DNA of 41,985 nt from the IMG/VR virus record IMGVR_UViG_2548876869_000013, positions 1 to 41,985 of that record; one strand, given 5' to 3'. This DNA is from a virus (taxonomy: Duplodnaviria; Heunggongvirae; Uroviricota; Caudoviricetes). The translations under genes and the position numbers were made by a program. Each line of letters begins with the position of its first letter. The first letter of the stretch is position 1. Of the stretch, positions 9,027-20,904 are shown piece by piece. The notes under the pieces are model-generated. The model saw nothing but the letters and a program-made list of their open reading frames with translations, had not been told where the DNA came from and did no database searches.

Positions 9027-11146
9027 CTGTCACTAGCGAGCCATGTAATAATCCCCGTGCGGGCAATGGTTTTTGCTTCATCTGTTGATAAGGTTTTCTC
9101 CCATCTCTTAAATGCCCCAGATTGCATCAGTTTCCTTTCTATTGCGCGTCTCACTTCTGCTCTGTCTACTGGTGCGTTTTGCAGGCGAAATAGCATTGAT
9201 TTAAACTCAGGAGAAGATAGCAGAGCATCAGCAGCCTTTATCCTGCTTGTTTTCCCTGACATCAATGCAGACGTTATCACCCCTGTTGCACCTACACCAG
9301 GGAGACCAGATAAGCTTGTAATACCTTCCGCCGCAGCAGCTTTTGAGGCTATTCCATAAATTTTTGCGAGACTACCCTTTTCTTTCAGAAAGTTATTAAC
9401 TTGCTGATCCACAAGACTACTAGCATACTGCTTACCAGTATTGAGTCTATTCATAGCCTTAGCTGCTTGATAAATCGTATCAAGGCGCTTTGATGCATCT
9501 GTGCCAATAGCATCACGGAGAGCCTTCATATTGGCCCCATTGCGTGACATTCCGTTATACCATTTTACAAATCCATCAACTCCTAATTGCTGACCAGGTG
9601 ATTTGGCATAGCTGGTAAATGCTTTATTCATTGAGGTGAGCGCAACTTCCTGCCGCATATCCTTTGGAATCGACTTCATTAATTGCCTAAAGTCGCCACC
9701 GTTTCCTTTTGCCATATTAACAACAGCACTTTCAACTTTTGGAATTGCTGATTGCTGAAGTTTTCTACCCAAGACGGTTACAGCATCATCTTCAATGGAT
9801 TTTCGTTTTTTTACCAACTCCTTACCAAGCGTCCATAATTCCCCTGCGCCATATTTTTCTGCGACAGCCTGTTGGTCATCTGTTATGGCTGCATATAACT
9901 TTTTAAGAACACCTGTTTCTTCATCCTTGAATGGACCAGAGCCTTTGCCAATAGCTTGTCCAACCTGCTTTCTAGCGAGATCTAAACGCCCATACGTTGG
10001 CAAGGTGTTTGGATCAAGTCGGTTCAATGTCCGCTTCATTATTGGAGATAATTCATCAATTCCACCTATGTCATCAGCAAAATCCTCTAAAAAATTCAAT
10101 GTATTAGTTGCCTCAATCCGGTCTCTTACAGGAACCTTTTCGGCAATTTTGTTGTAGATGTTATCTGACTGATTTTGTAATGATGAAATGGTTTTATCAA
10201 AATTATCTGCAAGCCTGTCAGAAACCAGTTGCTTATCAAGGCTTCCCCCAAATGAAGTTATCATTTCATCAGCTTTTCTTCCTAATTCAGTAATAAAACG
10301 CTTATGCGCCTCACTAATCTCTGTTCCAGGGAGACTTGCCACTGCATTATCAAGAGCCCTGACAGCAGGATTATTAGAGATCATGCCTGGAGTGGCATAA
10401 TTTTCCAGTTCTAGCTCACGAATAGCATTTATCGCGTTAAAATCAGGATTAACTTCATCGGCGAAATCTTGAATAGCTCGTTGCCCGCCGATAAATTTAT
10501 TGTCCATTGCGCCAGCAGCTTTCTTTAACGTTGCTTTAGATGATTTACTACCCATCCCTACGGATGAGCGATAAATATCTCCGGCACTATTTTTAATTTT
10601 TCCTGCAATCTTCCCAAGCGCTGGACCAACAATCTCGGCTACAGGGCCAGCCACAGCGCCAATAGCAGCGCCGGAAGCAACATCGCTATTTGTTCCATTG
10701 GCTACAATAGCCCCTTCTCCAGCACCAAGCCCTGCGGCGGCAGCCAGCCTTGCCGCCCCTTTCGGAACCTGAGAAATAATCCCACCACCACTAACAAATG
10801 GCGCTGCTTGTCCAACGAACTCACCAACATCTTGTGCGGTTGATGGTTTTGCCGCTAACTTCTGCTGTAGAGACTGAATTGCGGCTTGCTCTTCTGGTGT
10901 CATGTCCTGAAACAGGCCAACACCTTTACCAACATCCATCAATCCACTGAGAACGCCATACATAAAACGGTCGAAGCCGTTAGCATTATTAACAACATTT
11001 TCCTGTCTGGAATTTTCCTCTAGTGAAACCAAAGGAGATTGCTGCTGTTCTGGTTGTGCATCAAGCACAAAGCCATCAGGAAGCTGTGAGTTATCAGGCT
11101 GATTATCGAGAACAAATCCTTCGGGTAAACCTACATCGGTTGCCAT
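9023..11146 (-). CDS. DNA ejection / internal virion protein (P22 gp16-like)
   Basis: 707 aa, Gly/Ala-rich; position after gp7/gp20 homologs as in P22. Confidence 0.75.
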   Translation of the reverse strand: MATDVGLPEGFVLDNQPDNSQLPDGFVLDAQPEQQQSPLVSLEENSRQENVVNNANGFDRFMYGVLSGLMDVGKGVGLFQDMTPEEQAAIQSLQQKLAAKPSTAQDVGEFVGQAAPFVSGGGIISQVPKGAARLAAAAGLGAGEGAIVANGTNSDVASGAAIGAVAGPVAEIVGPALGKIAGKIKNSAGDIYRSSVGMGSKSSKATLKKAAGAMDNKFIGGQRAIQDFADEVNPDFNAINAIRELELENYATPGMISNNPAVRALDNAVASLPGTEISEAHKRFITELGRKADEMITSFGGSLDKQLVSDRLADNFDKTISSLQNQSDNIYNKIAEKVPVRDRIEATNTLNFLEDFADDIGGIDELSPIMKRTLNRLDPNTLPTYGRLDLARKQVGQAIGKGSGPFKDEETGVLKKLYAAITDDQQAVAEKYGAGELWTLGKELVKKRKSIEDDAVTVLGRKLQQSAIPKVESAVVNMAKGNGGDFRQLMKSIPKDMRQEVALTSMNKAFTSYAKSPGQQLGVDGFVKWYNGMSRNGANMKALRDAIGTDASKRLDTIYQAAKAMNRLNTGKQYASSLVDQQVNNFLKEKGSLAKIYGIASKAAAAEGITSLSGLPGVGATGVITSALMSGKTSRIKAADALLSSPEFKSMLFRLQNAPVDRAEVRRAIERKLMQSGAFKRWEKTLSTDEAKTIARTGIITWLASDS

Positions 11147-12474
11147 TGTCCGTTCCTATAAATGAGTTTCTGACCAGTTTTAGGGTTCGTTGCCGTCGCG
11201 CCTTCTGATATCCCACTTGGCGCAGCTTTTGTCTGCCCATTACCACCTTGTGGTGTAGGCTGCGCTGGGACATCGTCAAATAGCTTGGCCTTCCTTCTCC
11301 CTAAGCTTTTTTTCAGCCCTTGAGGAATAGTATCTCCATACGTATCCAGATATTCGTCTACCTGCTGGTTAAACTGCTGCCCCATAGCGTTGGCGTTAAT
11401 TTTGGCTGCGTTAACAATGTTATCCCTCGCTTCCTGTGACAAGCCATTCCCTGCATTAAGCTGGTCTACATATCCTTTTATCTGCCCCCATATGCCATCA
11501 GAGCGCATGACCTGAACCTGTTCACCTTCGCGAACAACTGACTGAGGGTCGAGAGACTTCATGTAATTAAAGATAATCCCAAGTTGGGCAGCGCCAGTAT
11601 TTACCTTGCTAAGGGCTTGCAGAGAGTTTGCCGCCGCTCTGACAGAGTTATAATTTTTGCCAAAATTGGTAATATCAGAATTTAATCCCTTAATTAAGTC
11701 TGCTGACGGCTTACCTTTTTGCCCCAGCTCCATTAGCTTCAATCCCATCTCATCTGAGTGCATTTGTGCCCGCTGAGCCCTGTCTAGTTGAGCATTTTGG
11801 ATATTTGCCCATCCTCTCGCGTTCTCCATGTCAGCCTGACGGATGCTTTCATCCAATCGCCCTTTCTCAAGTTGGCGACCAACCATCTTATCCTGATAAT
11901 CCAGCATTTTATCCGGACCAACAGCCCCTAGCGTCATAGTAGTCAGCATGTGTGATAGCTGCTCTGGATTCTGAATACCTGTCTGAATCATCCAGTCAGC
12001 ATTAGCACCAACGCGATTTAACCTGTCCTTGTTGTCAGTAATGAATTTACTGTAGGCTTCCGGCCCCTGAGAAAGAGCGACGTTAGCCCTCATGGCTAAA
12101 TCGCCCATATCGTTGCGTTGCTGATCATTAAGACCGGAAAACGCCTGTTGTGCCTGTGCAACAAACGCTGGATTTTCCTGGGCAAACTTAAATAGTCCCG
12201 ATGGATCACCAGAAGCCCATGCATCAGCGTGAACCTTATTGAACGCACTAATAGCTTTCTGTTGCTGTTCCTGATTGTAAATATCAGCAACTCCAGCCAG
12301 ACCACGTAACGCGGTCAGGCCAACGTTATTTGCACCTGAGCGAGCCAGTTCATTGTTTTCGCGGATCAGACCAAGCGTTGCGTTAATGTCGCTTGCCTTT
12401 GGCGCATTCTCATTTTGCGTACCGATGCCAGCCAGAAAACCACCAGAATTAATACCCTGTTGCCACGTAGCCAT
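11131..12474 (-). CDS. Ejection protein (P22 gp20-like)
   Basis: 447 aa; synteny in the 7-20-16 cluster. Confidence 0.75.
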   Translation of the reverse strand: MATWQQGINSGGFLAGIGTQNENAPKASDINATLGLIRENNELARSGANNVGLTALRGLAGVADIYNQEQQQKAISAFNKVHADAWASGDPSGLFKFAQENPAFVAQAQQAFSGLNDQQRNDMGDLAMRANVALSQGPEAYSKFITDNKDRLNRVGANADWMIQTGIQNPEQLSHMLTTMTLGAVGPDKMLDYQDKMVGRQLEKGRLDESIRQADMENARGWANIQNAQLDRAQRAQMHSDEMGLKLMELGQKGKPSADLIKGLNSDITNFGKNYNSVRAAANSLQALSKVNTGAAQLGIIFNYMKSLDPQSVVREGEQVQVMRSDGIWGQIKGYVDQLNAGNGLSQEARDNIVNAAKINANAMGQQFNQQVDEYLDTYGDTIPQGLKKSLGRRKAKLFDDVPAQPTPQGGNGQTKAAPSGISEGATATNPKTGQKLIYRNGQWQPM

Positions 12475-12484
12475 TGATTACCCC

Positions 12485-13177
12485 TTAAAACAACGAGCCA
12501 AGCAGACCAAGACCGCCGCCGATCGCAGCCCCCCACGGAGTTGATGAACCAATTAATTTCGCAAGTCCAGCCCCAGCAATAGCACCAGACGCACCTCCGC
12601 CAATAGCAGATTGCATTGCTGATGGTCTGTTGGCGTTTGCCGCCGCCAGCGCCGCGCTTTGCTGTGAAATCTGGCTCATGTTGTTGGCATATGTTTGCCC
12701 GGCGTTTGCCTGACCTTGCAGTGCGCCAAGACCAATATTTGCCAGATTCTGGTAGTTGTTCATCTGACCAGATAGCCATTGCTGACCAAGCGTTGGTGCG
12801 ATTGTTGCTAACTGATTACCGGTTGCAGTGGAACCCAATCCACCTGTTGCTTCCGCTGCCGCCAGACTCTGATAGCGAGCCTGACCAGCAAGATCTTTGT
12901 ACTGCTGAGAGTTGTAATACTGGTTAAGTGCCTGACCTTGCCCTTCCAGAGACGATAAGTTCTCGAGGCTGCCGACATACTTATCAGCCAGAGGAGTAAA
13001 CGGCTTCAGGTTGTTCATGATGGTGTTGAACTGCTGATTTTGCAGGTCTGCTGCATACTTCTGAGCTTCTGCGGCATACTTTGCGCTTTTATCAGAACTG
13101 CCACCTTTCCCGCCTTTTTCAGGGCAATAAGGTTCCTCGCCGCGCAGTTTTCTGCCCAGCTTAAATGCATATAACAT
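12485..13177 (-). CDS. Ejection protein (P22 gp7-like)
   Basis: 230 aa; N-terminus MLYAFKLGRKLRGEEPYCPEKGGKGG resembles recalled P22 gp7. Confidence 0.8.
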   Translation of the reverse strand: MLYAFKLGRKLRGEEPYCPEKGGKGGSSDKSAKYAAEAQKYAADLQNQQFNTIMNNLKPFTPLADKYVGSLENLSSLEGQGQALNQYYNSQQYKDLAGQARYQSLAAAEATGGLGSTATGNQLATIAPTLGQQWLSGQMNNYQNLANIGLGALQGQANAGQTYANNMSQISQQSAALAAANANRPSAMQSAIGGGASGAIAGAGLAKLIGSSTPWGAAIGGGLGLLGSLF

Positions 13178-13179
13178 GG

Positions 13180-13638
13180 CTATCTCCCGTGATTCAGGAA
13201 GTCGATTAGTTCTTCGCGTGTAGCACTGTAAAATGTCACGTCATCCACGCCTTTGAAGTATTTCTTGATGGTTCCTACACGCTTAAGGCCAATCATTGCG
13301 CAGTAAATCTGCCCGTGGCGGAATTTGCGTGCGGCGAACGATGTGACGCACTGAACGGTGGTGTTAGTCAGAATGTATCGCCAGAACGCCAGCCCGATTT
13401 CCTTGCTGAAGCCGCGAATCTCTGGCAGGTACATGGCGTGGCAATCAAAGGTTAGCGGCTGAATTTCCTGATAGTAAACAATGCCGCCAAACTGACCGTG
13501 CACGTTCACCTCGAAGTAACGGCATTCAGGCTTGTAGTCGTATCCATCACCGTTGTTGCTTCCGGCAATAATGTCAGGGTGATTTCCGACTGCTTCGATC
13601 AGGTCGATGTTTCGCGTTGGTTTGAACTGAATCATCAC
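13180..13638 (-). CDS. Virion protein at the P22 gp14 position
   Basis: 152 aa; assigned by synteny only. Confidence 0.55.
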   Translation of the reverse strand: MMIQFKPTRNIDLIEAVGNHPDIIAGSNNGDGYDYKPECRYFEVNVHGQFGGIVYYQEIQPLTFDCHAMYLPEIRGFSKEIGLAFWRYILTNTTVQCVTSFAARKFRHGQIYCAMIGLKRVGTIKKYFKGVDDVTFYSATREELIDFLNHGR

Positions 13639-14483
13639 TGCTCCGCAATGATTTTGATGGTTGTGGCAGTAAACGCCGCCCCATTTGACTGAATGGTTAA
13701 CGTACTGCCATTTGTGGCAAGAAAGCCGTCTTTATCCACGCTGAAGAACGTAGCTAACAGAATGTTGTCGGTTGTTGTCGCCGAGTTGCGACTGCTTACC
13801 AGTGTGTCAGGAACAGAACCGGAAAATGTTAGCTGCATTGACCTGTTGGCGGTTCCGCTGGGCCACGTCCCGACAATCGACAGCTTGAAGAACAGGGTTT
13901 TGTTCTCGTTGAACACAACCATCTTGTTGTTAACAGTGTCGAAGAATGGTGCCAACGTTCCGGATGACGGCGTGAGCGTTTTCAGCAGGCTAACAAGGTT
14001 GGTCGGCGCTGTCGGGATGGTTACAGATACGCCAGAGTAAACAACCTCTGACTTCTTGCGCGTGGTTGCATACTCCAGAGCATCAATGCGCGTTTCATGG
14101 TCTGAAAGCGTGTTTTGAATGGCGACAACTTCATCAGTCAGATACTCAATATCGTTTTCTGCTGTCGTTAATCGTGAATCAAGGCCGACTATCGCCGCTT
14201 CTGCGTTAGTGATCCTTGTTTCGTGGTCCTGTATCTTCGCTTCAGCCGATGCCAGTCGAATTTCGTGATCGACCAGAATCACATCCTGCTCATCGTTCCT
14301 GACCTGTGCATCATAAGCGCCCTGTCCGGCCTCGTTGGCCTTGTTAGCCACGTTGCCAACATCAGTACCCTGTGCGATAACGTACAGCAGATATGACTGC
14401 GAGAAGATATTGCGTGGAAGGACTGATGTATCGAGCCGCGTAGCCTGCACAATAACAGGGGTATTGAGATTCGAATCCGCCAT
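13635..14483 (-). CDS. Tail needle (P22 gp26-like) with extended C-terminal domain
   Basis: N-terminus [56 protein letters not shown] closely matches recalled P22 gp26; 282 aa versus ~233 aa in P22. Confidence 0.9.
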   Translation of the reverse strand: MADSNLNTPVIVQATRLDTSVLPRNIFSQSYLLYVIAQGTDVGNVANKANEAGQGAYDAQVRNDEQDVILVDHEIRLASAEAKIQDHETRITNAEAAIVGLDSRLTTAENDIEYLTDEVVAIQNTLSDHETRIDALEYATTRKKSEVVYSGVSVTIPTAPTNLVSLLKTLTPSSGTLAPFFDTVNNKMVVFNENKTLFFKLSIVGTWPSGTANRSMQLTFSGSVPDTLVSSRNSATTTDNILLATFFSVDKDGFLATNGSTLTIQSNGAAFTATTIKIIAEQ

Positions 14484-15901
14484 TACTCAATCCTTATCTG
14501 GCAGCCAGACAAAGTGACAGGTGACTTCGTGATAACGCGCAATTTGAAGCCAATGTTTTTCCTGATGCGCCCTACTTTCTTCCACAAAACGCGTTTGTCG
14601 TAAACGAACGGTTCATTCTGCTCAATCATCTGCTCACGCCCGTAATTGATGCCGTCAGTGGTTGCAGAGAGAAAAAGGCGGTCGGCGTACTGCGCAACGC
14701 CAGTTGACGATTCAACTTCAAGGTCGAAAACTCTGGCGTTATCCGCTTTGAACAACGGAGTAAACAGCAGGTGTTCCTGTTGCTTGTCGTACTGGCTGCT
14801 GATATCGAACTGCAATTTCCCGGTAACCGATTCCAGCTTATCGCCGCACGTTATCTGATTGCCTTCGTAAATGAAGTCGATAGCGCGGTACACATCGTCA
14901 TACAAGCCAGTTTTCAACACACACCATTGCGGACCATTGGCGCTTGAAGATGCGTCGTACACGAGAACATGGCGCGGAAGGTGGATAATCAGCAACTCAT
15001 GAGCATCAAATCTCAGCGATTCCATCACACCATCAGCCAGTTCATCAGCAGTGTAGGAGCGGAGGATTTTCTCAATGCTCGCGCTGGCGATTGGTGAAAC
15101 CTGACCGGATCCGATGATGTATACAGACGGAGCACCTGTTGCCGGATTGCTGATGAACGCATAAGAATCAGCGAATGGCGTTTTGCAGTAAGTCCCGGCG
15201 ATGCCTTTTTGCACCATCAGTGATGGCTGTGCGACATACAAAGCGGCACCAACGGTGGTTGCGCCAGTCAGGGAAAAATACTCAATCGTCGATGAACCAA
15301 AGCAGACGATGAAGTCTCGCCATGTTCCGATTCCGATGATGCCGTCAGGCTGCGACTCGGCACGATATTGTGCGCTGTAGCGGTCAGGATGCGATTCGTC
15401 TTCAAGGTCAGTGATAAACCATGAATCAGTGCCGTCTTTTGACCACGCATAACGCCCGCGTAAGCGCGTAATGTCACGAACAGAACCTAACTCATACTGC
15501 GTAAACCCGCTGTCTGCAGGCCAGTTTGAGACGGTTTTAACCGTGCCATCATAGCGATACTCGACCAGTTGACCATTAACGCCTACAGCCTGAGATGTCC
15601 GACCATGTGCCATTGATACGCGACCACTTCCAGCGACGTCACCGACTTCGCTTTCGCCTTTGTAGAGCTTCCCACCACACACGCGATAAACAGCATTCTG
15701 CGCCATGTTGTACTCGACACCGCGCGATACACCATTCACATCAGAACGTTTGGCAATGCCAGGGAATGAGCGAAGATATCCGCTGCTGTTGAGTATTTCT
15801 TTGGGTGTAGCCAACATATTCACTGGCAGATAGTCGATATAGTCGGCGTTTCGAAAGTCTTTGCCGACACCTTTCATAAGCGGAAGTTGCTGAATCGGCA
15901 T
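14483..15901 (-). CDS. Tail hub protein (P22 gp10-like)
   Basis: 472 aa, same recalled length as P22 gp10; synteny. Confidence 0.8.
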   Translation of the reverse strand: MPIQQLPLMKGVGKDFRNADYIDYLPVNMLATPKEILNSSGYLRSFPGIAKRSDVNGVSRGVEYNMAQNAVYRVCGGKLYKGESEVGDVAGSGRVSMAHGRTSQAVGVNGQLVEYRYDGTVKTVSNWPADSGFTQYELGSVRDITRLRGRYAWSKDGTDSWFITDLEDESHPDRYSAQYRAESQPDGIIGIGTWRDFIVCFGSSTIEYFSLTGATTVGAALYVAQPSLMVQKGIAGTYCKTPFADSYAFISNPATGAPSVYIIGSGQVSPIASASIEKILRSYTADELADGVMESLRFDAHELLIIHLPRHVLVYDASSSANGPQWCVLKTGLYDDVYRAIDFIYEGNQITCGDKLESVTGKLQFDISSQYDKQQEHLLFTPLFKADNARVFDLEVESSTGVAQYADRLFLSATTDGINYGREQMIEQNEPFVYDKRVLWKKVGRIRKNIGFKLRVITKSPVTLSGCQIRIE

Positions 15902-15909
15902 TTATTCAC

Positions 15910-16392
15910 CTATGCGTTTGGGATATCGCCATCAATCAGAGGGAGATCGCCTGGATAATATCGGTCAGATGTAAACACGTCATATTTATTACCCTGTCCT
16001 ACAGGAAAATCTCCACGTCGTCGCATTGAAGGAACAACCAGAGTGTCGGTCATCAAGGCATCATATGAGCGTTTGGCGTTACTGAGAACTTGCGGAGTTG
16101 GTTCAAGGCTGTAATCAGATAGCATTCTCAGCAATAACTGATAGCCTACTGCGTGTTTGTATTTTCTTGGAAGACCTGACTCATCATCTGGTAATGGCTG
16201 CTCATCTCCAGTTGCGAAAGCGTAACCAATGTCGCCGGGGTTAATCATCCACTCGGACATCATATCTTCCAGATCATTTACACCATCTTCAATTGATTGC
16301 GGCTCAACATCAGTCAGCGATGCATTAGAAGCAATAGCAAACTTACGAAGCGCAAAAAGGACGATCTCACCCTTTGTCAGTACTGTTGCCAT
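15910..16392 (-). CDS. Tail adaptor protein (P22 gp4-like)
   Basis: 160 aa; LRK..ASNASLTDVEPQS..D..DLE.MM.EW matches recalled gp4. Confidence 0.85.
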   Translation of the reverse strand: MATVLTKGEIVLFALRKFAIASNASLTDVEPQSIEDGVNDLEDMMSEWMINPGDIGYAFATGDEQPLPDDESGLPRKYKHAVGYQLLLRMLSDYSLEPTPQVLSNAKRSYDALMTDTLVVPSMRRRGDFPVGQGNKYDVFTSDRYYPGDLPLIDGDIPNA

Positions 16393-16552
16393 TGTCTGCC
16401 GCCTTACGACCTCGCTTACTGGTCGGTTTCAATTCATCAACTGAGGCAACAAAGCCCAACTTTTCGAAAAACTGGAAGTCTTTTTCTGCGATAACGGCCT
16501 GTACATGTCCGGATTCGTTATCTGCGGCAAGGAATACACTCATGCGATCCAT
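16367..16552 (-). CDS. Small hypothetical ORF between coat and gp4-like genes
   Basis: 61 aa; AAGGAA RBS 6 nt before ATG; begins right after the coat terminator; overlaps gp4 start by 26 nt. Confidence 0.4.
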   Translation of the reverse strand: MDRMSVFLAADNESGHVQAVIAEKDFQFFEKLGFVASVDELKPTSKRGRKAADNGNSTDKG

Positions 16553-16561
16553 ATTGTTTCC

Positions 16562-16590
16562 TTAAAACATAAAAGGGGCGGAAGCCCCTT
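16562..16590 (-). terminator. Terminator downstream of coat gene
   Basis: GGGGC-GGAA-GCCCC stem followed on minus strand by TTTTATGTTTT. Confidence 0.6.
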
Positions 16591-16594
16591 GTTA

Positions 16595-17866
16595 TTACGG
16601 ATTACCGAAGAACTGACCGCCCATGTGAGGGTTAAAGCACACATATGCAGGCAGTAAGTCAAAGCGCATTTTTTGCACGTTGGCATCGCCATCTGCGTAT
16701 TTATGTACGCGGATGGAGAAACCTTCATATGTTGCAACAGCAGAATCAATACTGTGCAGTTTCGGCAGTGGGATAGAGCCAAGTCCACAGAAGAACTTGT
16801 TATAGAACAGGTTTGGCTTCATTGTCTGGCTAGCAGTGCCTACTACAGATACGGCATCGCCTGCCGCTACCTGACGACTTACAGAGTTGTACTGCGGGTT
16901 TGTAGTGTCATAAATCGGAACACCAGAAAGCGTAACCGTCACATCGCCACTGCTGTCTGAATTAGCATCAGCAGTAACCGTTGCAGTGAAGCTAATTGGT
17001 GTGGCTCCGTTATACAACGCCTGTTTGGTCTGCTGTTGCAGCCAGTAGGTATTGGTGAATTTAACCTGATCACCAGCTTTCAGAAAACCTGTAACGCTGG
17101 CTGTCGCTCCGGTCAATGTTACAGTGAACTGGTATGAGTCTTTAACTGCGTTATAGGTAACAGTTGGCTGTGTTTTGACTGTCAGTGTTCCGCCAAATGC
17201 CCCCTGCGTACGAGAGGCAAGCCCATTAGACATCAGTGCGCGAATGCCGCCAAAATTGGTTGGAATCTGCGCATTCTCCCATGCAGTACGAACCAATTGA
17301 TCTGAAGCGTGCAAACCAGTCTGCGCATCAGCAAGTCGCTGTGCAGACCATGGATCCATTACAGCATAGTTTTCACCTTCATTAACGCCGAGGTCTTTCA
17401 GGAAAGATGCCGTCTGCGCAACATCAGACCATTTGGTGATTGGAGTATTGGGGCTACCAAGTGACAACGCACCGTTATTCATCATGAAGTGAGCAAGCTC
17501 TGTTTCAAGGTCGGTAACGATTCGCTGGCGAACCGGCGCGAGAATTTCTTCCAGTTGGTTAAGCTTGATCGCTTCCTCCAGTTGCTGATATTCAACAGCA
17601 ACAGTGATGTAGTTACCTACACGCCCCGTAGCTTTACCTGAGTTCAGGTTGTTTTTATTTTGCCCTGAAATATCACCAGTGGGAGTACGGAGGGATGAGA
17701 ATTGATGCGGACGTTTAAAGCTAACGCTATCGCCAGTGCTGGAGTTGATTTCACCTGCCAGCAACTGACGGTCTACGGTTTTCGCCAGAACTAAATCTGA
17801 CATAAAACCAGGAAGGAATTTTTTCAGAACGATTTGACTGACGTTACTGTCGAGATTGTTAGGCAT
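16595..17866 (-). CDS. Major capsid (coat) protein, Sf6-type
   Basis: 423 aa (recalled length of Sf6 coat); between scaffold and gp4 homologs; followed by strong terminator. Confidence 0.8.
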   Translation of the reverse strand: MPNNLDSNVSQIVLKKFLPGFMSDLVLAKTVDRQLLAGEINSSTGDSVSFKRPHQFSSLRTPTGDISGQNKNNLNSGKATGRVGNYITVAVEYQQLEEAIKLNQLEEILAPVRQRIVTDLETELAHFMMNNGALSLGSPNTPITKWSDVAQTASFLKDLGVNEGENYAVMDPWSAQRLADAQTGLHASDQLVRTAWENAQIPTNFGGIRALMSNGLASRTQGAFGGTLTVKTQPTVTYNAVKDSYQFTVTLTGATASVTGFLKAGDQVKFTNTYWLQQQTKQALYNGATPISFTATVTADANSDSSGDVTVTLSGVPIYDTTNPQYNSVSRQVAAGDAVSVVGTASQTMKPNLFYNKFFCGLGSIPLPKLHSIDSAVATYEGFSIRVHKYADGDANVQKMRFDLLPAYVCFNPHMGGQFFGNP

Positions 17867-17877
17867 TTATCTTTTCC

Positions 17878-18762
17878 TTATTCGATTTTTGCGCCGGGGC
17901 ATAATTTGTTGAATTCGTCTTGTTTCGCATCAGCACCGCCACCACGTACTTCCGGCTCTGGCTTGATGGCTTTCTTTGGTTTTGGAGCAAGGCTTACCTG
18001 TTTGCTAATCTGCCCCAAGAGGAATGCTGCGCGAATTGGATCTGTCTCAGCGGCTACACGCTGGCGTAATTGCTGGCTCTTACCTAAGCCATAGGCGAGT
18101 AGTTCAGAGCCTTCGTCTGCACAGTGAATGATGATTTCCTGCTGAATTGGTGGTAGCTCACTAAGAACAATGGCTTCCATTTCCTGATAATCTTTCACAG
18201 GAAGTTTGGCTGCCCGTTGTTTATGCGCTTCTACCCTTTGCTGGAAACGCTGCTGGTATTCCTGTTGCTGACGTAGTTTTTGTTGCTGCTGCTGTTCGAC
18301 ACGGCCTTTTTTCTCATGCCAATCAGTCAATGCCTGTTCAAACGCCTGTTCGTCATAATCACACGACTCAAGAGTCGGTTTTGGTGGAATAGCGTCTGGT
18401 TGTGGTTGCTGATGTTCCGCAGGCTTGGCTAATGCTTCCTCAAGCTGGCGTCGCAACTCACGGTTTTCTTTCTGTGTTTCTTTGAAGACTTTGCGAAGAT
18501 CTTTCACCCATTGCGGTGCAGGTTGCCCGTCAATGTGATCATCATCGTCAGCGTTAAGCTGAATTTCTTCATCACCAATACGCAAGGCGTAATCTTCTGG
18601 TGTCTCTTCGGTTTTTTCAGGATCAGTTGCCATCTCTTTTCCGTTGTCATCCTGGCTTTCATTCTCAGGCTGTGACTCTGTTTGGATGATGGTTTCTTCT
18701 GCATTTTCCTGTGTTTCAGACAGGTCAATAACCTGACCGTCGATGATCAGTTCGTTTTCCAT
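17878..18762 (-). CDS. Scaffolding protein
   Basis: 294 aa, highly charged, Gln/Glu-rich, coiled-coil-like; upstream of coat. Confidence 0.75.
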   Translation of the reverse strand: MENELIIDGQVIDLSETQENAEETIIQTESQPENESQDDNGKEMATDPEKTEETPEDYALRIGDEEIQLNADDDDHIDGQPAPQWVKDLRKVFKETQKENRELRRQLEEALAKPAEHQQPQPDAIPPKPTLESCDYDEQAFEQALTDWHEKKGRVEQQQQQKLRQQQEYQQRFQQRVEAHKQRAAKLPVKDYQEMEAIVLSELPPIQQEIIIHCADEGSELLAYGLGKSQQLRQRVAAETDPIRAAFLLGQISKQVSLAPKPKKAIKPEPEVRGGGADAKQDEFNKLCPGAKIE

Positions 18763-18775
18763 TGATTACTCCTGG

Positions 18776-20902
18776 TTAACTCGGCATTAAGTCTGCCGGT
18801 GACTGTGGTGGTGACTGGAATTGCTGTTGTTGTGACTCGGCGACATCTTTCAGAAGGCGTATTGCCTCCATCACTGCTTTGTCATCGATGTTTCTGGCTT
18901 GAGCCAGTTTATAGACAGTGTTTGCCTGACTCTCCATCGCATCCTGCTGGGCAGTAAATGCTTTGATTTGAGTTTGAGCAGTTTCGTTAGTTGCTTTTTG
19001 CGCTTCTGCCTGCGCTGCTACCATTTGCGCCTGAGCGAGAACCATTTCAGGATTTGGCTGGCTTTGTGCTGCCATTTGCGCCTGTTGAACAATCTGCTGC
19101 TCTTTCTCATTGCGTGGTTTTGCAATACCAGATATCAGCAGTTGGTTTCGGTTGTACTCTTTGAAGTCATCAAGGCCTTCGCCATCGATATTGTCCAGAA
19201 TAATACCCTGAATTGCCGGGCGCATTGGGTCTGTTGGAAGCATAGAGCTAAGGACATTTGTCAGTACAGAAACCGTTGCATCACGTCGTGCTGTGTAGCT
19301 TGGTCCAACATCAACCGTCACATCGTATCGACCGACAGAAAGGTCATTTAACGCAACAACAGCCCCTGTTTGCCTGTCAACAACCTGTGCGCTCATGACA
19401 GCGATATCATCACTTCCATCTTCGTTAACGATGCGCACTTCACGTTCTGAACCGTACACTTCACGCGCCATTGACAGCCATACTTCACCAGCGCGTTTAA
19501 GACTTTTCGCCATATTGTCCAGATAGATAAACGAAGCCATATCTGCTCTGTTCATCAAGTTGTTAACCGTTTCCTGAGCAATATTACTTGGCATCTGCTG
19601 CATGGCCTGACTGCCGCCTGTAACCTCCTGAATATCTGCACTGGTTTGCTGTAGTAATGCAGCCAATGCCTGATTCATAACCGCAGGCTGTGTATATCCT
19701 GCCGGGGTAGCTCCAGCGATAATGTTGCCAGATTTATCTCTCACTTCGCGCAACGGCAAGAACGCTGGGCGTTTCTTGTTACGAGCCTCCCAGTGCTTCT
19801 CAAGTCCACGAATTTGCTCCATGCCAACTATAGGGATCTGACCGGGGTCTTGCGCTGCAGTATCAGCCAGCATTGATACCTGAAGGTTATACAAACGCTG
19901 TGGATCCATTGCTTTTGCAATGTGCCCTTCGACACGCTCAATGTCATCAATGAACCAGCGTTTTCCATAAACCGGGATGAGGGGGATATGTTCACCAGGA
20001 ATACGTCGAGGTTTCTCAAGGAAACCATCACCATCCACTACGGATACATACACACGACGGCGCTTCACTGAGCGCCTTGCCACTTCATGAAATCCAGCTA
20101 TTGCCAGTTCATCTTCAATATCTTCAACCTGATCACTGTCGTATGTTGCAATCTCTCCAGTGATTGGATGTCGATAACTGATGACGTCAACAGACTCTTT
20201 ACGAACTTCGTAATACTTCGCTATGTAAATAACATCTGCATCAAACCAGTCATATTCCCAACTGGTCATAGACGTTACGTCCAGAGAAGCAGGAGGTTTC
20301 TTTCCGTATTCAGTCTCATATTTTTCAGGTGACAACGAATACATGCAGAACGCCCACAACGCGTCAGATTTGTCGTACTTCTTAGCGTCAGGGTCAAACC
20401 ACACAGAGCGCGACGGGTCGTATATTGGTTCAATAGCAATACGCTGACGATCGTCCATGGGGTCGAATTCATTGACCAGCATCGACGTCAAACGGAAGCA
20501 ACCGAAACCACCGGTAGCAGCGTCGTCAAATGCATTATCGCAAGCCTCACCGCCATCAGTTTCTTCGTAGTCAGCACGGAACAGACCATTTAATTTATTG
20601 GCTAACTCTTCGCTTGCCTCTCTGTCACCAGGGCGAAACTTAACAGTGATTCTGTTATTGCGGTATTCTGCAATGATGCGGTTAAGTTCAGTTGCTACCT
20701 TATTGATTTCAAACTTAGGATACTTCTCGAACTGCTCATCAAGCTTAGTTCCAGCCGCCGTTGCTCCTTCCCATTGACCTCCGGGGACACGAGCAAACCT
20801 CGTAGCTTCAATGCACTTTTCGCGCACTTCCTGCTGTGGAGAATAGGCGCGGTCAAACCTGAGCATGATCCGCTCATGTTTTTTCTCTAATGTCTCTGCC
20901 AT
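18776..20902 (-). CDS. Portal protein
   Basis: ATG at 20902 (ORF track extends to 20974); ~708 aa; downstream of large terminase. Confidence 0.9.
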   Translation of the reverse strand: MAETLEKKHERIMLRFDRAYSPQQEVREKCIEATRFARVPGGQWEGATAAGTKLDEQFEKYPKFEINKVATELNRIIAEYRNNRITVKFRPGDREASEELANKLNGLFRADYEETDGGEACDNAFDDAATGGFGCFRLTSMLVNEFDPMDDRQRIAIEPIYDPSRSVWFDPDAKKYDKSDALWAFCMYSLSPEKYETEYGKKPPASLDVTSMTSWEYDWFDADVIYIAKYYEVRKESVDVISYRHPITGEIATYDSDQVEDIEDELAIAGFHEVARRSVKRRRVYVSVVDGDGFLEKPRRIPGEHIPLIPVYGKRWFIDDIERVEGHIAKAMDPQRLYNLQVSMLADTAAQDPGQIPIVGMEQIRGLEKHWEARNKKRPAFLPLREVRDKSGNIIAGATPAGYTQPAVMNQALAALLQQTSADIQEVTGGSQAMQQMPSNIAQETVNNLMNRADMASFIYLDNMAKSLKRAGEVWLSMAREVYGSEREVRIVNEDGSDDIAVMSAQVVDRQTGAVVALNDLSVGRYDVTVDVGPSYTARRDATVSVLTNVLSSMLPTDPMRPAIQGIILDNIDGEGLDDFKEYNRNQLLISGIAKPRNEKEQQIVQQAQMAAQSQPNPEMVLAQAQMVAAQAEAQKATNETAQTQIKAFTAQQDAMESQANTVYKLAQARNIDDKAVMEAIRLLKDVAESQQQQFQSPPQSPADLMPS

Positions 20903-20904
20903 GT

